64,000 nt of DNA, taken from the NCBI GenBank assembly GCA_964607805.1, contig CAZSLF010000002.1, forward strand, positions 36,269-100,268, in the 5' to 3' direction. Each line of letters opens with the position of its first letter. Position 1 is the stretch's first letter. Under the pieces are notes generated by a model, which was given only the letters and a program-made list of their open reading frames with translations, ran no database searches and had not been told where the DNA came from. Positions 50,348 through 59,668 of the stretch are shown here, one piece after another. This DNA comes from an uncultured Candidatus Saccharibacteria bacterium. Its GTDB lineage: Bacteria > Patescibacteriota > Minisyncoccia > Phycocordibacterales > CAIZLB01. A program made the position numbers and the translations under genes.

Positions 50348-51097
50348 TTACTCAAACCTAATCTCAACACCATCCCACCAACCATCGCTATCTGTATCGC
50401 GGTTATTTGGATCTGATTTTACGCAAGTTTCGCCGGCACGAAGTGCAACTTCGCATCTTTCCCTTGCATCAAATAAACCATCCTTGTCAGTATCTGTAAT
50501 TGCTAATTGCAATTCAGCATCAAGTTCATCAAGTGTCTTGTCTGCCTTTTCTCTAATCTGACCATCGCTAAGACCTGTTAAAAACTTCGGCATGCCATTT
50601 TCATCTTTTACAAACAATAGATATTTAATACCGAATAATTTTTCTGCATCAGATTCCTGAATCTCTTTATTTGTAGATAAAATAATTTGTTTCTCATCCT
50701 CCCATACATTTACATAATCTTCCTTTTTAATTTGACTTAAATACTGATTTAAATAACCGAAAACGGTGTCACACTCCTCTTTTGATTTACAAATTTCAAT
50801 ATATTGATTTCTAGATGCTAAATTCATACCAGCTAAATCCTGAGCAGCAGCTGCAGCTTTATATTTTTCAAAAGCTAGCCAAGGGTCTCTCTTAGCTTTT
50901 TGTGTTTTATTATTTTGGACAATGAAAACCCCTGCCCCACCAAGCACAATCAACGCTATAAGAATTGGAATTAAATTTTTCCGTTTGAAAATTCGACTAA
51001 AAACTGAGTCAAATTTGGAACCAAAAAAAGTTTTAACAAATGGCTTCTCTGGTGTAATTACCGGCTCTTTATATGGTGTTCTATTGTATGAATCCAT
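50348..51097 (-). CDS. Membrane-anchored protein with C-terminal DxDxDG calcium-binding-like repeats
   Basis: One TM; DTDKDGLFD and DPNNRDTDSDGWWDGVE motifs. Confidence 0.7.
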   Translation of the reverse strand: MDSYNRTPYKEPVITPEKPFVKTFFGSKFDSVFSRIFKRKNLIPILIALIVLGGAGVFIVQNNKTQKAKRDPWLAFEKYKAAAAAQDLAGMNLASRNQYIEICKSKEECDTVFGYLNQYLSQIKKEDYVNVWEDEKQIILSTNKEIQESDAEKLFGIKYLLFVKDENGMPKFLTGLSDGQIREKADKTLDELDAELQLAITDTDKDGLFDARERCEVALRAGETCVKSDPNNRDTDSDGWWDGVEIRFE

Positions 51098-51133
51098 ATG
51101 AATAAATAATATATTTAATGGTAGTTACTCTTT

Positions 51134-51601
51134 TTAAACTTCCCCGACTAGAAGAAAATCAAAAGATGTAATTTCCGGATCTAAATTCATGCTTTCAATT
51201 AATTTTGCAGCATATGCAGTACGGTCAGGATCTTCGATAAATTTCATTGCTAACATCTTTTCAGACCAGGCGATACGTTCTTCATCTGACGGTAAATTTG
51301 GTTGTGCAGACAATATCATATTAAATATTTCTTCATCTGTTGAATCTTTTGTGACGGCACTAAATACATTTTCAAAATTTTCTCTTAAATTTCCTCCTTC
51401 TCCCCCCAAAAATATCATAATCTGACGATCCAATTCAGAAGCCTCGCCAGTTTTATACTCACCTAACGCACTTCCTGTCGCGCCTTCAACTGTGTGGTTT
51501 GCTCTAGCTCGCAATTTATCAAAAAGCCTCGGAAGCCCAACAATATTTTCATATTTTTCTTTAGGGCTTCTAGGTGGCTGTGTTTTGAGGTTGTTTATCA
51601 T
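51134..51601 (-). CDS. DUF5069-like protein
   Basis: PRSP......LPRLFDK.RA...LGEY...LD...FLG pattern. Confidence 0.65.
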   Translation of the reverse strand: MINNLKTQPPRSPKEKYENIVGLPRLFDKLRARANHTVEGATGSALGEYKTGEASELDRQIMIFLGGEGGNLRENFENVFSAVTKDSTDEEIFNMILSAQPNLPSDEERIAWSEKMLAMKFIEDPDRTAYAAKLIESMNLDPEITSFDFLLVGEV

Positions 51602-51739
51602 TTTTATATTGTATCATTTTTTTGAGAATGACTTGTCTGCAAAGACCACATAACAAAACAAAAAAGCCCCACGAAGGTCATGTGACTTTTCGTGGGGTTG
51701 TTTGGTGCCAGCAATATGGCTTACCAATGTTTATAAATT

Positions 51740-52456
51740 TTAGCCAGTCAAGGCGTTTCTGACGGAGAGACCTCCGTCAACTCGAAGCTCAGCTCCGGTG
51801 ATGTATCTGGCTTTGTCAGAGGCCAAGAACACTACTGCTTCTGCAACTTCCTCCGCAGTACCTTGCCTTCCGAGGGGGATTTTTGGTCCAAGTTCTTGTG
51901 CAATCAGAATTGTCTTTGGATCGACTTTTTCAGGTTCAATCGATCCAGGTGCGACGATGTTGAATCTGATTCCAAGCGGACCATACAGAACGGACATTGC
52001 ACGCATCTCTCCAAGTTGCCAAGTCTTTGATGCATCGTATGCACGGTCTGCTCCAAAAGCAACATATGCATGAACTGAACCTATGTAAATCACGTTGCAA
52101 CCAGGTCGCCCAATCATCTTCCGAACGACACTATCGGTTACATGGCGAGTACCATCGCAATTCGTAGCCATGATTTCCTCGTAATTGTCGCCGCTTGTGA
52201 TAGCAGCATTGTTCACGAGAATATCGCATCCAATCATATCGAGCTTAGCAGCCTCGATCTCATGCCCTTTCGAAATATCTAGAAGCATGAAGATAAGGCT
52301 CGCTTTATTGCATCTTTTCTGGGTTGAAATATCTCTGTCGATGACAGTTACATGACATCCTTCCGCGTGAAATCGGGTTGCGATAGCAAATCCGATTCCG
52401 CCACCACCGCCTGTGACGACGACGTGTTTTCCAATAAGACCATTGAGAGTATCCAT
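51740..52456 (-). CDS. Short-chain dehydrogenase/reductase
   Basis: TGGGGGIG, LVNNAA, YDASK, IRFNIVAPG and ITGAELRVDGG. Confidence 0.92.
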   Translation of the reverse strand: MDTLNGLIGKHVVVTGGGGGIGFAIATRFHAEGCHVTVIDRDISTQKRCNKASLIFMLLDISKGHEIEAAKLDMIGCDILVNNAAITSGDNYEEIMATNCDGTRHVTDSVVRKMIGRPGCNVIYIGSVHAYVAFGADRAYDASKTWQLGEMRAMSVLYGPLGIRFNIVAPGSIEPEKVDPKTILIAQELGPKIPLGRQGTAEEVAEAVVFLASDKARYITGAELRVDGGLSVRNALTG

Positions 52457-52577
52457 ATGAGTATAGAGTTTGGGGTGAGCTGAGTTTGGTTTTTTTCTGA
52501 AATGAGTGAGTGAAACCGCCCACAGTTTTGTGGGCGGCGCGATTTGGTGTGGCTAAGCTGTGTTATGAACGTATTCA

Positions 52578-53183
52578 CTACACCCTATCCACTTCGGCTA
52601 TTTGATTGCGGAGTTCTACATGTGCATTACCATAAAGTCTGATAATCCACTCGTCGATAGTGAAGCCGTGTGGAAGTTTGTAAACTACCACGGCGTAGCT
52701 CCCATACATCTTCGGTCCACCAATTCCGTGAGTTTTAAGCATCGGATAGAGGACATATAAATACTTTACCTTCGACCTCCGCGACCCTAAACCCTTCCAA
52801 GTCTTGCAAACCGAGGCTGTTGTATCTCCAGATCCAAAACCTTTTCCTTTCCAGAAGAAAATACCTCTGTACTTCCGAAACTGGCAGGTAGGGTCAGGTC
52901 GTGGAGAATCATAACCAACATGGGCCAAAGATTGCCCTTTATCATCTACCAGGTAAACCTGTTTAGGAGGCACGTCCTCTGACCAGTCACTCGCTGTTTC
53001 AGGATGAATAGGATGAAGTTCCAGAAGACGTGTGTCAACCCTGGATACCATCAAACTGTCGATATTGGCAGGATTAATATAATCAAGCAGCCTTGGAAAT
53101 TCCCTATTGAATGTTTCGATCTGTGCTTCTAACCTTGTCATGGTACTTTTTGTGGCGAGGCCACGGTTTGAGTTTAGCTTCAC
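52578..53183 (-). CDS. Hypothetical protein (cassette)
   Basis: 201 aa ORF after TTGACA-N17-CATATT (53248-53276); start uncertain. Confidence 0.65.
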   Translation of the reverse strand: MKLNSNRGLATKSTMTRLEAQIETFNREFPRLLDYINPANIDSLMVSRVDTRLLELHPIHPETASDWSEDVPPKQVYLVDDKGQSLAHVGYDSPRPDPTCQFRKYRGIFFWKGKGFGSGDTTASVCKTWKGLGSRRSKVKYLYVLYPMLKTHGIGGPKMYGSYAVVVYKLPHGFTIDEWIIRLYGNAHVELRNQIAEVDRV

Positions 53184-53291
53184 GCTTTACTCGGTTTTGT
53201 TCCAGCTTCACGCTGGGGAGGCTATATCACATAGCCAATCCGTGATAAATATGCAGTGATTTGTGTGGTTTGTCAATACGAGCACTTAAAT

Positions 53292-54524
53292 CTAGGAAAA
53301 TTTTCTTTTGAATTTGAGAAATGGCTTTTCTAAATACTTAAAAGACATTGATGATATTAGAATAGTAAGTAGCAGGCATATAGTTGATATGATTAGAAAA
53401 GTAGGAATAGAGATTTGTGATGACATAACTGTTTCTGTACCAACTGCGCCTCCCTCACCTGTTACATTTGAAAACCATATTTTATCTAATACAAACAGTA
53501 ATATAGTCAATGCAATCATATGATAAACATATAATCCATATGAAATTCTACCCAAATACGTTGTGGTGTTGTGTATCTTTAAACGTAATGATGAAAAACT
53601 TTGTTTTTGGTTAATTTTTCTTTCAGTTGCGAGTATTATTACCAAAGCAAACAATGTCCCAAATATCAAAGGGAGGAAAATTTCAAACATTGCAGGAATG
53701 TTAAACTCATACACATACCCACGGATGAAAGTTATGGCTAATATTATTGATACAAGGATGCTTGGTCCTGCTTTTTTTATGCGATTGAACCTTGATATAA
53801 ACTTTAGGATTTTTTCATAATATATTCCCGAAGCGGCACCTATCATGAGATATGACATGATTGTTGGTGTTAAATATCTAAGTGCATCGTAATCCCCTAA
53901 GAAATAATATCTGCTGGCTGATGAAATAATTAGCATCCCAACGATTATCCATAAAATATTCTTTCTGAACATATAAAATAATAGTGGCCATACAAGGTAA
54001 AACTGTTCTTCAACTGATATTGACCATAGAACTGCGAGCATATCATTATCGGTGCCAAACATTCCCCTAAAAATACTACCCGACATGAAGATATGATAAA
54101 AAAATTCTTTTGAATTAATGAAGATTTCATAAAATCTAAAGTTTGATACAGAAAGGATAAGCCAGCTCAATGTCAAAATTAGGATAATTGAGAAAAAATA
54201 TAGCGGCCAAATACGCAGTATTCTTCTTACATAGAAACTTTTAATTGAAATATTCCCTGTTGTACTCGCACTTTTACTCGCCCTAAGTTCATTTTTCAGT
54301 AAATAATTAATCAGAAAGCCACTCAAAACAAAAAAGAAAGCTACACCTAAGTCTCCAATCTGCGTAAAAGCTCTGAATAACCTATCAAAAGATATATTTT
54401 CAAATGGAAAGCTAATAAATACAACCATATGCGCCACAAAGACAGTCAAAAAAGCATAAAATCGATATGAATCGAGGTATGAAAAGTGGGTTTTGTGAAT
54501 TTTCTGTGTGGTTGTATGTGACAT
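53292..54524 (-). CDS. Acyltransferase-3 (OafA-like) membrane O-acyltransferase
   Basis: LDSYR, FFVLSGFLI, RRILRIWP, WSISVEEQFY and GRISYGLYVYH. Confidence 0.92.
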   Translation of the reverse strand: MSHTTTQKIHKTHFSYLDSYRFYAFLTVFVAHMVVFISFPFENISFDRLFRAFTQIGDLGVAFFFVLSGFLINYLLKNELRASKSASTTGNISIKSFYVRRILRIWPLYFFSIILILTLSWLILSVSNFRFYEIFINSKEFFYHIFMSGSIFRGMFGTDNDMLAVLWSISVEEQFYLVWPLLFYMFRKNILWIIVGMLIISSASRYYFLGDYDALRYLTPTIMSYLMIGAASGIYYEKILKFISRFNRIKKAGPSILVSIILAITFIRGYVYEFNIPAMFEIFLPLIFGTLFALVIILATERKINQKQSFSSLRLKIHNTTTYLGRISYGLYVYHMIALTILLFVLDKIWFSNVTGEGGAVGTETVMSSQISIPTFLIISTICLLLTILISSMSFKYLEKPFLKFKRKFS

Positions 54525-54600
54525 GGGTAGATTTGGATAATGAGATATATTGTATATCAAAACCCCGTACTGGTGTACGGGGTCGCTAGGATGTGTCGTG

Positions 54601-55143
54601 TTATACAACTTCATCAACTAAACCGAAAGATTTTGCTTCATGTGCGTTCATGTACCTGTCGAGCTTGCACTCTCGCAGAATCTGAGCTTTTGTCTTCCCT
54701 GTTTTCGCAACAAGGATATCATAGAGCTGATTCTGGTCTTTCTGCATTTCGCTAATGAGTTTATCTCGTCTCCTTTTTGAAACCATGGTGTCGAGGCTAA
54801 CACTTTTGGTCGAAAGATGGTGGATTAATATTCCAGCATGAGCAGCACACTTGCGAACATCACATGCCTGGAGCACAACAGCGGCCATTGAGGCAGCCTT
54901 AGATATAACAAGACCAGTTGTCTTGCCTTGGTACAGCCTTATCAGGTCATAAATATCCAGACCAGAACCAACTGAGCCGCCACCAGAGTCGATTATAACC
55001 TCGAGGTCAGGCGAATCTCTTGATTTTAAATACGCCAAAGCCATTGCTACCTTTTCATACAAATCTCTTTCGGTGCCAGAACTGATATACAAGGTAGGAC
55101 TAGAAGCCTTAATTGCTTCTTCGAAGATTTCGCTAAATTTCAT
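54601..55143 (-). CDS. ClpP-family protease subunit (divergent paralogue, cassette)
   Basis: DSGGGSV, AASMA (Ser), ILIHH (His) and DRYMNAHEAKSFGLVD; promoter at 55201-55228. Confidence 0.85.
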   Translation of the reverse strand: MKFSEIFEEAIKASSPTLYISSGTERDLYEKVAMALAYLKSRDSPDLEVIIDSGGGSVGSGLDIYDLIRLYQGKTTGLVISKAASMAAVVLQACDVRKCAAHAGILIHHLSTKSVSLDTMVSKRRRDKLISEMQKDQNQLYDILVAKTGKTKAQILRECKLDRYMNAHEAKSFGLVDEVV

Positions 55144-55457
55144 TATGTGAATTGGTTGAATGTGTTTGGATGGGGTTTGGTGAGAGGAACTTTCGAGAAA
55201 ACTGTAACATGAGGTTACTGTTTGTCAACAATAGATCCGTTTAAGTATAATTAGTATAAGAAATAAATACAAAATATTGACGTATAGCATATTAATAAGT
55301 ACTGTACTTCCCGTCTCTGACGCATTGTTATAGACCTTCCGCCGAAAGTTCTCGGCATCGTTCCTTGAAAGGAGCTTGAATACTATCTGACCTAAGTGCC
55401 CCTTTACCATAGGTAAATGAGGATGTTTTGAGTTGGATTGATATAAAGGCAAACACC

Positions 55458-56006
55458 ATGAATAACACGAACATACAAATACTTGCACTAATCGTTGGTG
55501 CAATAACCGCACTCATATTCGCGATTATTGTACTAGACATTACGGTATTAAAACCCCGAGCGAAGGCAAGAAAAATTGCTGAGGAGGAATATGAGGCTAA
55601 ATTGCATGAACTCATTAAGCAAGCACAGGAATTCCTCCAAGGCAGACATTTTCTTGTTTACCTTCGTACACGCGAAAACAAGAAGTCTGGTTTAGAAAGT
55701 GACTTCATATCAGCATTGATCAGTCTAGGTGTTGTAGTTAAGCCTGTGCCCGAAGATGACTTGAAAAGAATTGTATCTGCAGACTTTGAGCCTCTAAAAA
55801 AAGGTAACTATGCTGTAATTGTTTACTTTTGGTTTCAAGATTGTCGATATCATTTTGACTATCGTCTGATTACAAAAAATGATGATGGTGACGGAAAGGT
55901 TCTTTTCAGTGGCTGGGCTGGCTGCAGTGATGGGCGTACAGATCAATTCTTTACCCATACTGCTCAAAAAATGGTTGCCTCTGCTATCTACGACGTTTTA
56001 AAGTAG
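55458..56006 (+). CDS. Hypothetical membrane-anchored protein (cassette)
   Basis: N-terminal TM; TTGACG-N17-TACTGT (55277-55305); terminator 56032-56063. Confidence 0.7.
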   Translation: MNNTNIQILALIVGAITALIFAIIVLDITVLKPRAKARKIAEEEYEAKLHELIKQAQEFLQGRHFLVYLRTRENKKSGLESDFISALISLGVVVKPVPEDDLKRIVSADFEPLKKGNYAVIVYFWFQDCRYHFDYRLITKNDDGDGKVLFSGWAGCSDGRTDQFFTHTAQKMVASAIYDVLK

Positions 56007-56126
56007 ACAAATAGTGGTTGTTTTAGTTCGTTCCCGCGACACATCATGTGTCGCGGGATTTTTGTTTGAAAAAAAAGAAACCCGCCAACGAAGTGGAGAA
56101 TTTCTCCGTGATTCGGGCGGGTTGGT

Positions 56127-56399
56127 TCAGTCGGGTTTGAAGTATGTTGTAAACACATACAAACCATCATCTTCTTCTCTATAAGTCAGTGAATCGTCTA
56201 CTCCTACATATTTTCTAAAATCGACGAGGAAGCCGGAATTAAACTTTTTATCCAGTCTTTCCTTTTCTGCATGACTCATGGAAAAACGAAGATTTCCTCC
56301 ACGCTTTGAAAGACTTTTAAGGGCTGCGAAGATTGATTCATTTGATTCATCGAGACTAATATTTCTGGATTTACCAGATGCGAGGTCGACTACATTCAT
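56127..56399 (-). CDS. Small hypothetical protein (cassette)
   Basis: 90 aa ORF; TTGATT-N17-TAGATT upstream; hairpin 56078-56123. Confidence 0.55.
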   Translation of the reverse strand: MNVVDLASGKSRNISLDESNESIFAALKSLSKRGGNLRFSMSHAEKERLDKKFNSGFLVDFRKYVGVDDSLTYREEDDGLYVFTTYFKPD

Positions 56400-56638
56400 A
56401 TAATAAAGGGCTGATGGTTAGGAACAGGATGAAATCTATCATGTGGTATGTGGAAAATCAATTGGGTTTAAAGGTGTTTTCTTGCATAACCATCACGTTA
56501 CTATTGACAATCTGTAGTTATTAGTGTATTATATTCACAGTACATTGAATCTGTTTTGGGCTTGGCAGAAAGGTGAAAATTTTATTTTCAGCACACGCTG
56601 AAGGATTTTCCCTTTTCACACCAAGCCCATATTCAAAC

Positions 56639-56932
56639 ATGAGTACAATTCCAGAGTCCTGGGTGGCGGATTACGCCCACTGGCGTGATCTACCCTTGGA
56701 TCAAAAAGTAGTTGCAGTTGAGGAATCCATACTCGCCTGCGGCTCAGACCGGTCAGCTATTTATGCAGCCTTCAAAACTGTAACACGCTACCCCTTCGGT
56801 CACGACTTAGCCCTCGAATCATCGGGCCACGATATTTGTGTCAAAGGAGGACGAATTAATCTTCCTACAGGAAGATTGGTAGATTGGCGTATTTGGAGAT
56901 CGGAACACGTCGTGGAAATCGACGTATGGTGA
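56639..56932 (+). CDS. Small hypothetical protein (cassette)
   Basis: ORF from MSTIPE; TTGACA-N17-TATTAT (56504-56532); terminator 56940-56994. Confidence 0.6.
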   Translation: MSTIPESWVADYAHWRDLPLDQKVVAVEESILACGSDRSAIYAAFKTVTRYPFGHDLALESSGHDICVKGGRINLPTGRLVDWRIWRSEHVVEIDVW

Positions 56933-57181
56933 GATTTTGGCCTCATCACAAGAAAGCCCACACAGGCTTGCACTTGTGATGAGGCTTTTTTTTCATGATT
57001 TTAAATTAAATATTTATGAAAGAATGTGTTGACGCATGTTTAAACTATAATATTATTTAAATTGGTGAGGTAGAGATTTCTAGACCGCTCGTAACTGGGC
57101 GGTTTAGCATTTTAGAAAAATGAATATTGAAAGAAATCCTTACATAGCAAAACCCAGAAAAGGTAAAGATGTTTCTATGGT

Positions 57182-57910
57182 CTAATAGACGACTTCTTCC
57201 TCTACTGTGCAATTCGTATTTACCCAGTTTAAATCAAATTCAACCAGCTCTCGCCTTTCGGTATTTAGAATGAAATATGTTGAAGCTGATGTATCGTTAG
57301 ATGGATAAATCCTAGGCATTCTATTATCGACTTTCTTTTCAGGACAAACTCTTAGCAAAGATGCCGCGATTGTAAAAAAGACATCGCTGCGGTCGTATAC
57401 GGCATTATCAAATCCATATGAGTTAGCTACAGTAACCTTGTACTTACCAGGCTTAACATCGCTACCAATTTTCCAATCATAGCTCAGGTTGTTATACGAC
57501 ACGCTATTTGAAATCTCCCGAACACAACCTTCTGTTTCCGAATAAAGGCAAATTGAGAATGGTCGCTGATGCAGATTATTAGAATGTTTCCATGCAATTT
57601 TTACAGTATCTCCTATCTTGTATGTTTCAGCTGTGTTTGGCGACAGTACAGTTATTGAATATGTAGGTGTCACGACTTTATTCACCTCTTCCTTTTTTGA
57701 CCCTGACTTTGCAGGAACAGATGCTTCAACAGATGTATTTTGCGAAATAGTGGTTGTTGCCTGCGATGTGCTACCAATATCAGTATTTGTAGGGGTTTCA
57801 GTTGTCGGAGCATTCATTTTTAAATATACATATGCTCCACATCCAATCGCGACTAGTGCGATGAACAATACTGCCAAAAGACTAACTGAGCCTTTATTTA
57901 AGTTTTTCAT
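57182..57910 (-). CDS. Membrane-anchored protein with a Ser/Thr-rich linker and an Ig-like domain
   Basis: MKNLNKG plus TM; ITVLSPN.AETYKIGDTVKIAW...Y.W....V.PGKYKV...D.SD.FFTI. Confidence 0.75.
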   Translation of the reverse strand: MKNLNKGSVSLLAVLFIALVAIGCGAYVYLKMNAPTTETPTNTDIGSTSQATTTISQNTSVEASVPAKSGSKKEEVNKVVTPTYSITVLSPNTAETYKIGDTVKIAWKHSNNLHQRPFSICLYSETEGCVREISNSVSYNNLSYDWKIGSDVKPGKYKVTVANSYGFDNAVYDRSDVFFTIAASLLRVCPEKKVDNRMPRIYPSNDTSASTYFILNTERRELVEFDLNWVNTNCTVEEEVVY

Positions 57911-57937
57911 ATATAAAAGTTTAGCATAAAAACATGT

Positions 57938-58027
57938 GGTCACGAGTAATTTCCTCGTCGACACTCGGAAATTCTCTCGACCCCGGCTCGCGGTCTCGCC
58001 TGCTGGCGAGACATCGCTGCGCCTTCC
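57938..58027 (-). repeat. GC-rich double-hairpin element downstream of tRNA-Ala
   Basis: GTCTCGCC-agca-GGCGAGAC and GGTC..GAG.AATTTCC...GGAAATT.CTC..GACC stems. Confidence 0.55.
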
Positions 58028-58036
58028 ACACACACG

Positions 58037-58064
58037 AAAAAATCCGCATAAATGCGGATTTTTT
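58037..58064 (-). terminator. tRNA terminator
   Basis: AAAAAATCCGCAT/ATGCGGATTTTTT palindrome. Confidence 0.8.
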
Positions 58065-58072
58065 CTGTTCGG

Positions 58073-58145
58073 TGGACCCTAGCGGATTCGAACCGCTGAC
58101 CTCCTCAGTGCAAATGAGGCGCTCTACCAACTAAGCTAAGGGCCC
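58073..58145 (-). tRNA. tRNA-Ala(TGC)
   Basis: GGGCCCTTAGCTTAGTTGGTAGAGCGCCTCATTTGCACTGAGGAGGTCAGCGGTTCGAATCCGCTAGGGTCCA; cloverleaf, G3:U70, CCA not encoded. Confidence 0.97.
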
Positions 58146-58293
58146 AGATATCATCTTTACTAAGCTTTAAGGCTTAGCCAGCCTCCTATATATACTATAT
58201 TTAGGCGTCTTTAGATGATATCAAAATTGACGGTTTTAGCAAACTGCCATTTTCCAAATAGAATTTATATATAGCTTATATACTCCTATTCAA

Positions 58294-59589
58294 CTACTGA
58301 CACTTATACCCTGAAATACGCTCAGTCTCTATCGAATGGCCACTGCTATCAACACAAACGAATTTGCCATTTTCCTTTAGAGTAGCGAAAGCTCTCCAGT
58401 AATTAGGTGCTTCAATACAATTAATACTTCCCTGAATACCAATTTCAGCACTCTTAAATAATTTCTGTGTCGCCGAGTCGCTACAAACACCAGCATATGA
58501 ATTATTATGAGTAGTGTAGAATAGTTCTGCTTGTGCTCTTAAGCTGCTCAGATTTGATTTAACTACAGCTGATTTAGCCTTCATGTTTGCAGGACCATAC
58601 ATCTCTGACATTGCTGGGTGATCTTCAAAATCGTACGATATTGAACTGATTTTTTTGACAAATTCTTTATATTCTAGATCTTTAGACATCTCTGAAGATT
58701 TGAGTGTTCCATTTTCATATTGTTCCAACTTATCAGCAAGAGATTTTGACATGGTCATAATAACTGTTGAAGTTGTGGCTGTTTTGCTTCCGAAATCATC
58801 AACTACATATGTACTGATAACCCAAAATCCTGAGCTCGGGAAACTATAGTTTAGAGTTCTATCAGTAATTCTAGAATGCACAGGATCAGATATTGATACA
58901 TCATAGAGTTGAGGAGTATCTAAATTATCAATAAACCAGAAAGATCGATAATTCCCAGAGCCGCCATTAACTTTTGTTGCAAACTTTTCATTTGCCTGCA
59001 ACGCTCCGTTTGACCCAGCGTCGTCTAGAAGAACAGGGTCTTCTGATTTATGAGAAGTAAACGCTACAGAGAATTCTGTATTAATACCAGGTGTCAAAGG
59101 CGCAATATGAACAGGCATCCTTGCAACCTCTGCAGCTGTTGGGTATACAGGTGGCGTATATTCTGGATATGTATATGTAGTGTTTGAATTAGACTGACTA
59201 TTAAAACCGCTTGAAGTACAAGTCCTATTCAAATATCCAGAAATATTTGCCCGCGTTAGCGGTCCAAAATATCCTTGAGCAGTTAATCCTTGATCCTTTT
59301 GATATCTTATCAATGCACTTTTAGTTACACCTCCAAAATATCCATACGCAGCACCTTGGGGCATTTTCAAATAATTTCTTTCAATTAGATATTTTTGTAG
59401 TGCTGTTACGTCTGATCCATTTGCTCCTTCTTTTAAGTCTCTTGAGAATGAATTCGCTACGCAAACAGCACTTGCCTCTTTCACATTTACAAAAGAAAAA
59501 ACTGCAATAGCAGCAGCGACGATAAACAGACTGGCAAACGAACTAATAATCAAAGAACCAACAGGCAATCCTAAAATTTTATTTTTCAT
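58294..59589 (-). CDS. Secreted peptidoglycan-binding protein with a C-terminal pilin-like domain
   Basis: TM or signal; DLKEGANGSDVTALQKYL...YFG..T PG-binding domain; C-terminal KSNLSSLRAQAELFY...C...C...CVDSSG. Confidence 0.75.
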   Translation of the reverse strand: MKNKILGLPVGSLIISSFASLFIVAAAIAVFSFVNVKEASAVCVANSFSRDLKEGANGSDVTALQKYLIERNYLKMPQGAAYGYFGGVTKSALIRYQKDQGLTAQGYFGPLTRANISGYLNRTCTSSGFNSQSNSNTTYTYPEYTPPVYPTAAEVARMPVHIAPLTPGINTEFSVAFTSHKSEDPVLLDDAGSNGALQANEKFATKVNGGSGNYRSFWFIDNLDTPQLYDVSISDPVHSRITDRTLNYSFPSSGFWVISTYVVDDFGSKTATTSTVIMTMSKSLADKLEQYENGTLKSSEMSKDLEYKEFVKKISSISYDFEDHPAMSEMYGPANMKAKSAVVKSNLSSLRAQAELFYTTHNNSYAGVCSDSATQKLFKSAEIGIQGSINCIEAPNYWRAFATLKENGKFVCVDSSGHSIETERISGYKCQ

Positions 59590-59668
59590 ATGATATTAAT
59601 TATGCGAAATATACTTATCGAACGATATGCTCGTATATTTCGCGGAAACTATACAATAAGTATATCAA

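Noticed and set aside
57911-58134. ORFs or N-terminal extensions overlapping the tRNA and downstream element
   Set aside because: They overlap a clear tRNA-Ala and its terminator; the real gene starts at 57910 behind an extended -10.
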